Shown: positions 50,896 to 61,452 of the stretch, piece by piece
How positions within the stretch are numbered: position 1 is the stretch's first letter
How the letters are laid out: every line of letters begins with the position of its first letter
Program-made: the position numbers and the translations under genes
Assembly: GCA_010093705.1 (NCBI GenBank)
Contig: MU006098.1
Span: forward strand, 107,981-171,980
Origin: Patellaria atrata CBS 101060
Taxonomy: Eukaryota
DNA length: 64,000 bases
Reading direction: 5' to 3'
The notes under the pieces: generated by a model
What the model was told of the DNA's origin: nothing
The model's input: the letters and a program-made list of their open reading frames with translations, nothing else
The model's database searches: none

Positions 50896-52948
50896 ATGTC
50901 TTCCACTGAACAGTTCACCGATGTCTCCACTATGATCGAAGTTGACCACCTCATCATAGGTGCTGGGCCAGCAGGAGCTTCCCTAGCATGTTTTCTCGCG
51001 TCATATGGTGAATACATGTATAAAAGTCAGATTTAACCATCGTACTAAACTTCTAAAGGACTTAAGGGGTTGGTGATATGTGCCGCACCAGGTACAGCAG
51101 AGACACCAAGAGCTCATATTACCAACATGGCAGCATTAGGTACAGTAAATCGCCTCCTAGAATGCTCTCACAGACGGCTGATGGTTAAATTCTAGAGTGT
51201 CTAAGGGATATCGGACTGGAAGAAGAAGTACTAAAGAATGCAACACCCAACGAATGCATGAGCCATACGAGATGGTGCCGGTCAATGGCCGGAGAAGAAT
51301 ATGCGAGAATCTATTCGTGGGGAAATGATCCCAAGCGGAAAGTACGACTTCCACATCCGCCTTTCAAAAGACTATAGGAACTTACTAGAGGATTCTAGGG
51401 CGACTACGATTCGGCAAGTCACTGCACGCACGTCGATATACCGCAAACGATTCTTGAACCAATCCTCGTCCGTAGGGCAACGCATAGCGGGTTCAAATGT
51501 CGCTTTAATACAGTATTTCTTTCTTTCGAACATGAAAAATCTGGCAAGGTTGTAAGCAAACTCCAAGATAACCTTACCGAAGCCGTCTACTACGTACAGT
51601 CCAAATACTTATATGGTTGCGATGGTGCACGGAGCCGTATTACGCGCCAATTGGACTTACCATTGATGAAAAAACCGGGTCAAGGGGTAGCAATGAACGT
51701 TTTAGCAGATGTCGACCTATCCAGGTATTTGAAAGATCGAGTCGGCAACCTCCACTGGGTCCAGACACCTGACGAGGAATACCCTGATTGGGCTTGGAGC
51801 ATAATCGTTCGGATGGTAAAACCCTGGCATGAGTAGGTTCTCTTTTCAGATGGCGTCACCCCGATGCTGAGTGTTCTAGGTGGATGTTCATCGTTCTGCC
51901 CAAACCCGGTACCGAGTTTGACGACTCGTTGACAGAGGACGACTGGATGCCGCAGCTAAGGAAAGCAGTTGGAGACGATTCTCTTCCAATCAAGATACTA
52001 GGCATCTCCAAATGGACCATCAATGAAATAGTAGCCGAGAGCTATTCCGAGGGGAACATGTGAGGGCTCGTTATTCTCTGTCTGCTGAACCTTGATTGAT
52101 CCCTTATTAGATTCTGCCTCGGAGATGCTGTGCATAGGCATCCTCCTTTCAACGGCCTTGGAAGTAACACATGTGTTCAGGATGCTTACAATCTTGCCTG
52201 GAAAATAGCATATGTCGAGAAAGGACTTGCTGATCCCAAGATACTCTCTTCATATTCTGCTGAGCGACAGCCCGTCGGTGTAGGCGTGGTCACTCGCGCT
52301 AATCAAGGTCTTCGTGACCACTTCCCCGTCTGTGAAGCGCTCGGCATGCTCGACGACGACGTCAAAGTCCGCACGCAGAAGTTCAACGAGCTGGCCGAGA
52401 ACTCGCCTGCCGGCGTGGCTCGCAGAGCAGCGTTGCAAGAGGCGGTTTATGGGACTCGTCGTGAATTCCATGGGGTTGGACAGGAGATGAATCAGCGGTA
52501 TGAGTCGAGCGCTGTATACCTTGCTGACGAAGGCTCGCGACCACCCCTACCAGAGGACCCAATTTTAGAGTATCAGATGACTACATACCCGGGAAGCAGG
52601 CTCCCACATGCGTGGTTGAATACGAGAATTCCCGGAAAACGGTTTTCAACACATGATCTTGCAGGTCATAGCCATTTTTGTCTTTTCACGAGTATCGGAG
52701 GGGACGCATGGCGGGAAGCTGGGATGAAAGTAGGTAAGGAGTTGGGTTTGGAAATCAAGACATTCTCAATTGGGTGGAAGCAGGATTATGAAGATGTCTA
52801 TTCGGATTGGACGAGGAGAAAGGAGGTCGAGGAGGATGGAGTGGTGCTCGTTAGACCAGATCGGTTCGTGGCGTGGAGGTCGAAGAGCATGATTGCTAAT
52901 TGTGAGGAAAAGCTGATGCTGGTTATGAAGAGTATACTTTCGATATAG
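50896..52948 (+). CDS. FAD-dependent phenol hydroxylase (PheA/TfdB-like, FAD_binding_3), multi-exon
   Basis: IIGAGPAGASLA, TPRAHITN, GCDGARS, LGDAVHRHPPFNGLGSNTCVQDAYNLAWK, PGSRLPHAWL and VLVRPDRFVAWR. Confidence 0.93.
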
Positions 52949-53523
52949 GAGGGCGGTAGTGCGTAATATTCACGACCAATGCTGTAATATTATCTGTTAT
53001 GTTATATACAGATATAGACAGAATAGTAGGTATTTTCAGGGGCAACATGTAGTCATACAGCTACAATGGAGGATCGTGCGTACTCGTACTATAATTCAAC
53101 CTCCAGAACTCATGACTTCTCCTATCCAAACGAATGGATTTCAAAGCAGATAGAAACAACACATGGGGTATACTGCATTTTGAAGCATTACGAATGCATA
53201 CCGCTGGACCATACAGTAAGCTTCGAGAAGCCGGTACCTCTCCCAAGGACAGACGGCAAACTCTCAAGTTATTACACCGAGAACATTAGCCCGGCGGGGG
53301 TCACATCATCACATCTCGTATGGAGCTACGATTCGCGCAGCTCAACCACTATAGCCAACGGTTCTCCCGGCAGTTGTTACGACTCTGGACTTACCCCACG
53401 TCAACTGGAGTAATAGCACGAAAGGACCCTGGTATGATATTTTCCAGTGACATACTTCTAGCAGTTATGTGGGACTTTACTTCTACTGCTCGTACGCCCG
53501 AGTTTGCTTAACTTTTGCCCACC

Positions 53524-54518
53524 ATGTCGGAGTTCCAAAGACTCATACGGTTCGAAGATGAGAGCGGGAATGTCATCTACGGTGATTTGAACGAGGAGTT
53601 ACCCGCCGCGCAGATTGTGGGTAAGACGGTATCGGTGCTGGACGGGCATGTGCAGTCCGGGTTCACGAAGACGGATAAGAAGGCTACGGTCAAGAAAGTA
53701 GGCTTTCCATGTCTAAAGATGGGTTGGTTGTAACTAGAACTGATCGATTAGCTCCTTTCTCCTCTCCCGAAAGCGCACGCCATCATCTGCGTCGGTCTTA
53801 ACTACGCCCACCATGCTAAGGAAGCAAATGTACCTCACCCTTTCCTCAAATACTCCCCATCCCCCCCCCCCAAAAAAAATATATCACACATACAGCAACA
53901 CAGCAATACAGAATCTAACACACACCCCAGCTCACCGTTCCCCCCTACCCCGTCATATTCACCAAACCCCCCGACGCCCTCGCCGGTCCCCTCGACGAAG
54001 TCCCAGTCCACCCCTCTGCCCAAGAAATGCTCGACTACGAAGGCGAGCTCACAATCATAATCGGTAAAGACGCAAAAAACGTCTCGGAAGCCGACGCGCT
54101 AAACTACATCCTCGGCTACACCTCCGGCAACGACGTGTCGGCGCGAAACTTCCAGCTCCCCGAGGTCTCCGGGGGACAGTTCTGCTACGCCAAATCGTTC
54201 GACGCCTTCGCGCCCATCGGTCCCGCTATCGTTCATCCGTCGCTCGTCCCGGATCCCCAGGGCTTGAAGCTCTGGACGAAGGTTAATGGGGAGGTTAGGC
54301 AGGAGTCCGGCACTAATGATATGATTTGGAGCGTGGCGAAGATCGTGGAACATGTTACTAGGGGCACGACGGTGAGGAAGGGGACGGTGGTTATGACGGG
54401 GACGCCGTCCGGGGTCGGGTTGTTTATGAGTCCGAAGGGGTTCATCAAGGATGGGGATGAGGTTGAGGTTGGGATTGAGGGGGTCGGGAGTATATCTAAT
54501 AAGATTAGGTTTGAGTGA
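53524..54518 (+). CDS. Fumarylacetoacetate-hydrolase (FAH) family protein, 3 exons
   Basis: Exons 53524-53697, 53752-53829 and 53931-54518. Motifs CVGLNY, PVIFTKP, DYEGEL, GNDVSAR, AKSFDAFAPIGP and MTGTPSGVG. Confidence 0.95.
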
Positions 54519-56506
54519 TTGGATGGGAAGGGATGAAGAGGAAATAGAGAGAATCCTTTGAGATAGTTAGGGCCAATAGAGAAAAATTCTGATCGATGGA
54601 GCTTGTAGATGGCAGTACCCACAGATGTACCAAAACGCCATTGGTTCTGTCCTGACCTATCTTAAACCCATACTTACAAGTCAACTAAACAACCCGCAAC
54701 CCTTTCGAGCTTCCAACCTCCCAAACCATCTCGTCTAGACACCTCAGTAAAACAACCCCCAAATCCCGCGAATATCTTGGCCAGAGAAAAAGATTAGTAC
54801 ATACGGCCGCAGAACGAGAGCAAAAACAGGGAGAATAGGGACATTGCGTTCGTTCCGCTGTACGGTACCCAAGCGTGCTCTGGTAGTTGAGTGTGTGTGA
54901 TTATGGTTGCTGGTGTGTACCTTTTTCTGCTTTTATTTTCTTTTGATCTATTTTTTTTTGGGGGGGAGGGGGGGGGTTGGGAGGTGGGGGAACTTAGGGG
55001 TTGTGGTTGTAGTTGGAGATGTGTGGAATTTGCTGTTATGGTTGGAATTTGGAACCGTCGAGGGTGTGATCACAGATGGGGTGAATTACGGACGAAAGAA
55101 GACTGGTAATCTTTAGATGGTTGTGGGATGGTTCGATTCCTAAAAGAGGGTAGGGAGTGAGGGAATTGGGTTAGGGATTACGTTGAAGGTATGGTGTTGG
55201 ATATTCTGGGAGTTGGCGTGGCCGGATTGGGTGGGGACCTGGTATATCGGAGGTAAAAAGTTGGATTTGAAAGACGGGTCATTGGTATCTCATAACTATT
55301 GCCAGACAGAAATTCCGTTGACAAGTAGATATCGGAAGTAGTATTTATGCCATGACTATAACTCCTTAGCTTGTTGTCATCGACTGTACATCGAGCCTGA
55401 AATATGGTAAAGATCGCTATTGTCACAGTTGGACTCGGATGCGCTGAACTGCTCAGATCTTATTAACATCAACTTCTATCCAGTCAAGCAATCGGAAGTG
55501 GATGGAGGAATTTACCCCACAATCTTGCTACCCTCGAGCGCGCCGCACAGCGATAGCTTAAGAATTGTCGAGTACACATACTGGTGGCTGATCCCTTCGA
55601 TCAAGATGAGGCGTACTAATTCGCAAGTGATATAGTGCGAATCGGAGATAGAAATTGCAACTCGAAGGCGCATAGCTTGCTTTGGGGAAGACACATAGGT
55701 TAAAATACGCCACTAATGATCGATGGAGGATTAAGAGTGCCCAAATTACTTATGCGACCATAACTTAGACTGCTTAATTGGTGTGGTGTATATATAAGTA
55801 GGAGATGCAAACAATAACAGCGATTTACGGTGAACTTATGGACTATTTTTCCAGCCCTTGGAATCGGTTTTCCCATATACGCAAAAGGTATTATGAAATG
55901 CAAGCTGCTTATTGGCGAGCTTAATGATGAAGAATGCTTCCGCCGTCACGGGAGTTCTAACAAGGTATCTTAATAACTGGATGAGCAACTTCAAGTTGAG
56001 TAGAAACTTAGCCAATTTGACTATCGGCACGAAATTCGAACTTGAAATAACTAAGAAATGTTATTATGACGTATAACAAGAAGATAGAAGAATATGCTAA
56101 TGACTGAGGGTATGGAACACACTACAGTTTAGGATACAGCGATTGGGTTGAGTTCTATGACTGTGGTGCTGGATAATATAATACTTTTATGTACTCGCAG
56201 TTTAAGGGTTGAAATTTTCGCATTTCAGCATGGAAGTCGTACGTTTAGTGGTAAACGTAGATGGACTATCCAGTACACTCATGGGGGATACCTCTTAATA
56301 TGGAGCAGGATAGAGAACGATGTTCAAATGAAGGTAGAGCAAAGTAAACTGAGTTGAGCAAGCAAATGAGGACAGTCGAGCAATCTTCATCAGTAAGAAG
56401 GACCAACCAACGAACCAGTCGAGAGTACTCAAGACAAATACTGCCTTACAGTTGAAGGACTGAAGTCCCCTTCTCACTTACGGGTATCTTGTCGTGGAGT
56501 TGAATG

Positions 56507-56679
56507 TGTCACGGGTTAGACCCGATAGGTATAAGTGCCTTGAATGATCCAGCGGCTTAGTCATACTGTACTTTAGTAGAACAGCATATGCTGTCCCAAC
56601 ACTTTCTTTCCTTAAGTTTAAGCTTCATGTACATATAGCAATATACCTTTCAGCTTCCATCTGAGGTTGAGCCATAACA
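56507..56679. mobile_element. Solo LTR (173 bp), probably of a Ty3/gypsy-type retrotransposon
   Basis: TG...CA ends with short inverted termini TGTCACGG / CCATAACA. Flanked by a 5-bp near-duplication, GAATG (56502-56506) and AAATG (56680-56684). No internal retro domains nearby. Confidence 0.7.
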
Positions 56680-57692
56680 AAATGACGTTATACTCCGCAA
56701 ATATATCGGACTATGTGGACAGGGGAATGCTGACAACCGCATTGGTCACATCGAACCGGACCGAATAGTGATAGATCTGACGAAAATACGTAGGTAGTGG
56801 GGTTCAAAAGTTTTGCTCTGACGCTGAGAGCAGAAGTGATATGAAACAATGTATTCACAAGGACATGAGTTTCTCTCTGGATACTCCTAGAGATACCACG
56901 GACTTCGGTTTACTGTTACGCAAGGAGCTCTCGAAATGGAAGAAACAATGACAATGTGATGAATGTCCATTGTACAATTGGATCATTTGGGTGAAGTCGA
57001 CCTGGGGGATGGGTTGGAGAAGGTTGGTTTAAGTTTAGGACGGAACAAGGGCTAAGCGAAAAACGGGGACCATAAGCGCTTATAAAGGGATGGTTTTCCA
57101 CCACCATACACTCCGTATAGTATATATGATGAAGTTGGGGTTGCAAATCTCGGTGCATATCTTATCGCCACTTTTCCCAACTGCCAAAATAGTATCCCTT
57201 GACCGAGCCTGGACATTTTGTAACTGCAACTCCCGCATTAGCTGTGGATCAAGATGCAATGTCGCTAGATATCTTCTTCGATTGGCTGCTCCTTAATATA
57301 AACAATACCTGTCTCTATAAACCACTATTCTGGCTGAAGATCTCAACTAACAGAAGTAATAGTATGCTACTTTAATGATGACCGCAAAGGATAGTAGACT
57401 TATATTCTCCGGCACTGTGTATCGATCTTTAGTCATTCGGCGAAGTGATTTGCGTCACCTTCCCTGATAGGAACCCTACATACACGTTCATTCACGTCGA
57501 TCAGAAGTCTAGAGATGTCTCCTTGCGTACAGTTTACAGTCTTCGTCTTGATGTTACGCTGCAATGCAGGTAAAGTCAGCTTTAGGAATAGATCTATATA
57601 AAAAAAAATGGGTTGCTAAGAGTATTGCTTCAACCCTGTAGTACGAATTATTAAGGGGATACGTCATGAAGCTTTCAGCACTTACGATAGAA

Positions 57693-57700
57693 TATAAAAA
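57693..57700 (+). promoter_or_regulatory. Probable TATA box of the secreted peptidase-like gene
   Basis: TATAAAAA about 60 bp upstream of ATG 57761. Confidence 0.5.
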
Positions 57701-57760
57701 CCATCAGTCCCTCAGAAGTTTAAAAGGCTATATTCAAACTTGTACTGACCTACCACAACA

Positions 57761-58345
57761 ATGAAGGTTAGTGTCTCCATATCCCCTTTAGTTGCGCCGA
57801 GTTAATATCATATAGTTCTCTACCGCCATCTCTATTGCTCTCACTACCTTCTCACTGGCTCAAGCCAGTCCCATTGAGTTGGAGGAGCGCTCTGGTACTC
57901 CACTCACTCAAGCTCAAGCTGCTAGCCGTCTCACCAATGCCGGTATTTCCTCATACTCCAGCGGAGGCTGCACTACCCGCAGCGTCAAGACCTGCACATC
58001 CTACGAGGGCGTCCTTTCAGGGACTGTTGATGGAGCCATCACGCTTAAAGGTGCATGCGGATGCAGCCTTGTGATCACTGGTGGTACCGAGGTTGGCCAC
58101 GCCGATGGCCCGTATAGTCATTATAAAGGATATAAGTTTGACTTCCGAAAAAACACTGCGTTGGATTCGTATGTGAAGAATTCGTTTACGAGGATTGCGA
58201 ATCGCGGCGATGGGTATCCTCAATGGCAATCAGCAGCAGGCAATATATATTGTGTAAGTGAAATACCTAATCTAGAGTGTCACTATTCACGGCTGATATA
58301 TGAAACTAGGATGAGGGTAATCATTGGGATGTTACTTACTATTAG
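57761..58345 (+). CDS. Small secreted protein (159 aa) with a LAS/peptidase-M15 (Hedgehog/DD-peptidase)-like Zn-ligand signature, 3 exons
   Basis: Exons 57761-57766, 57816-58253 and 58310-58345. Product MKFSTAISIALTTFSLAQASPIELEER-SG...ITGGTEVGH..YSHYKGYKFDF...YCDEGNHWDVTYY. Confidence 0.85.
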
Positions 58346-58865
58346 AACTATATAGAGAATAAATAGTCGAGTACTGTATTTGGATAAGGGCGTAGGAAGA
58401 GAATGGACCAGCCATATACACCTGTATAATAGCACCCTTTCTTTAATCAATATACAACGATACCGTACAGTGACCTGGTGTAGTACAGAGAAAACGTATA
58501 ACTCCACAAATTCTACTCCAACCTAGCAAAATACGAATGATGGCGTGATATTCAAGTATTCACACTATAGGAATTAGGGACCAGAACGAACCACTGACAT
58601 ACCCAAGAGGGCATTGTAATTTATTTATATGCTACATGAATGCCGCACCGCAATCCTGAGTCTGGTATTAAGTAGATATATCGACGTAAACTTACATGTG
58701 GTCGCATAAGGACTTCAGCCACCATTCTCCGCATAGAGTAGATTATGTAGGTTGGATGAAGCACCTGTAGCCTCGGGTAGTTACGTGGCTGCACGTAGTG
58801 CGTCCAGTCTAATGCTGATCGATTGCTCAATACCTTCAACATAAAGGAGACCCTAGGACGTGCAC

Positions 58866-60116
58866 TTAAGTAAGCGCATCGTGGAATGAGTAGATGCCGT
58901 TGGGGCCATCATTCCATATTATTTCAAGGTACTTTGTGTACTCTTCGCATTGTGCAGCATCTCCTTGGATTACTTCGCTTGAAGGGAGCACAATATATCC
59001 AGGGGGTACATATTTCGCTGCAGATATCCTCTGTTTTCCCCAAATTAGCCAAAATAGCAGCTCACGATTCGGAGGATTTGTGTAAGTATCCATCTCCCCT
59101 CCATGGTGTGGGATCAGTAAAACGCAGTATCACTTAGTGAAGCTAATGCGAAGTGCTCGGCGGCCCTCGGCACGCACCGTGTTCCAGAACTGTCGAGTGA
59201 AAATGTTTTCGATATACGATGGGGGTATTGTCCAGATTACCGTTAATTTCAGGGAATCCCTACGGCGCTGCTGTTGAAAAAGCAGGGCCAGATCCAAGGG
59301 GTTCTTCTCGTCAGGTCCAGGGAAGATCTCTATGAGATCCGACGGCCATGGCTGTAGAGACACAGTGAATATCCCAGTCATTGACCAGAATTTTATCAGT
59401 CATTTTCCAATACCAATCCCCTTTCAAGAACCCCACACCTGCGCATCCAGAGTAGAATTGTTGCGACTCATAACCTGCCTCTCCGAATCCACTCTCCTCG
59501 AAATAACTCTCGTGACTGCCATACACTCGTGACTCACATAGAAAGCTTATAGCATGTGCGAGCTCATGGACAAGAGCCTCAGCTGCTTGAAAGGGATATT
59601 CAACCTCGGTAGGCTCTCCCTTTTCATTGATATGTAATTTCCCGTAGATCCTCGACCCATAGAATATAGTGGAGAGGTAACCCGGAAAGTGCGTAAGACG
59701 AGGAGGCAACAGAGACCTCGAGGGGCCACACTCGGCGGCTTTATTAGAGCTGGGGTCGCATAGGTTCAATGTCATGTAGTCAGCTAGAACATTGAAGACT
59801 TCCATGGTATCTCTCATATCCTGATGAGTAAGGGTTGAATCTTTGCGGTGGTAGCACTGAGTCTTTACAACGTTTTGTCTCTTATCATCTCAGCGCACAA
59901 TCCATTCCCTTCTCCCAAACATCATTGCGTGCTAAAATGACAAGAAACATGATTCTGCAAGTAGTAGTCATGCCAGGCGTAGAGAGGGTTTCCACCTCTG
60001 GCATTCGACGTTCGGAAAGTTCTTCTCAGCGAATATAGAAAGAATAGGATTATCGAGATCGTACTTTGTCGATCAGCACGAACATTTGCTCCAGTACTGG
60101 ATGATGCCGTACTCAT
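58866..60116 (-). pseudogene. Fragmented gene with a zincin-like HExxH motif
   Basis: Consecutive minus-strand ORF pieces in differing frames (60116-59922, 59817-59311, 59381-59130, 59093-58866). The core is EALVHELAHAI..ESYFEESGFGEAGY. I could not find clean splice sites to join them. Confidence 0.4.
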
Positions 60117-61452
60117 CGTAATAAAGAGAATTACTCAAGAGAACTGTAGCGTGATAGCTGTTGATAGTTAAAGTAATGGAGATAATAGAGCAAAATCTTT
60201 TAGTCTCGAAAAGACGGGGAGATGAGAGGTATGTTTATAAGAATTTCTCGAGATGCATAGTGTTACAACAAACCGATATCCACCAAATATTATGTGAATA
60301 CAATAAATCCCTGAGACAAGGGTAAATAGGATAGTGAATCAATATCTAGACTTGTGTCTGAAAGAGGGGGATTCATAATTCACGAACCCATCTTTTTCTT
60401 TGAATGATTATTCGATCATACACCGTAGAACTCCCGGCTACTTACTTCCCCTACTTTTGACTTCACTGACTCCGAGGTCAAGAGCAGATCTATAACCCGC
60501 ATCTGTGATTCAACTACCATTCCAGGCAATGCGCCTAATATGTCCATAGACATTCGAGAAACTTCCGGTTACACGTAATTTACTTTCCGGGACATATATG
60601 CCGGGTGCTCGTCCCATTAATAAGTTCATATACGAGGGAGGTCGTTGTGGATAACTTATTACCGTTTCCTGTAATATATTCACTGGATTCATAAACGCTC
60701 AGCAAATTCTCGACATAGCTTGACTGCTCGAGTAATGATTTTGCTTAACATATTTAATTAAATAATTTGTAATCCACCAAAGAATTAGCTTGATCAACGA
60801 AGAGGTTATATTGATGTAATGGCTACTCCTCAACCAGTTTTAGTCGAATTACCTTTGCACATCGTGACAGTTAATGGCTGTTGGCATTTCGGTTGCTGGA
60901 AAGACGTAAGGTGGTCGTAAGGAGAAATGAGAAGGATTGCGACCGGGCGAAACCACTTTATAGAGTTGAGAAAATCATAGCACGTATATCTAAAGGCCCG
61001 TCTAACATGAAGAATGTCGTGTGGATGGCTGAACGTTGATTCAGAATATATCTTGTGCTGACAAAGCGGCTTCATTTGGTCGGGGACGGAAGCTAATTCA
61101 CCCCGCCTTTATACAGTAGTTCTCGACCTGCATAAGCGGATTCCATCTCTACCTTACACTTGTACAGTTAGGCTTCACAAACTTATTCACACACGATATG
61201 TGCGCCATCCAAGTTTGATTCCCTGGTACAGAAAGTTTGACCGCCATGCTTCTCTCTCCCATGAGAGATCTCGAACTTCACCTCAACGCATTCGCATATC
61301 GGTAAAGAGAAGATATATCTGTAAATCCCTATGTTATTCGCCTGTGCGACCCTCAACTATCAGGCAAGTCATTTTTCAGGCGAGGTTGAATCTACAAATT
61401 ATTATCTGTGATCCATACCAACGATCTTTGTTAAAGTACAATATTGCTACGT

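Noticed and set aside
54650..55430. Possible small minus-strand gene remnant downstream of the FAH gene
   Set aside because: I could not build a consistent exon chain or recognise a product.
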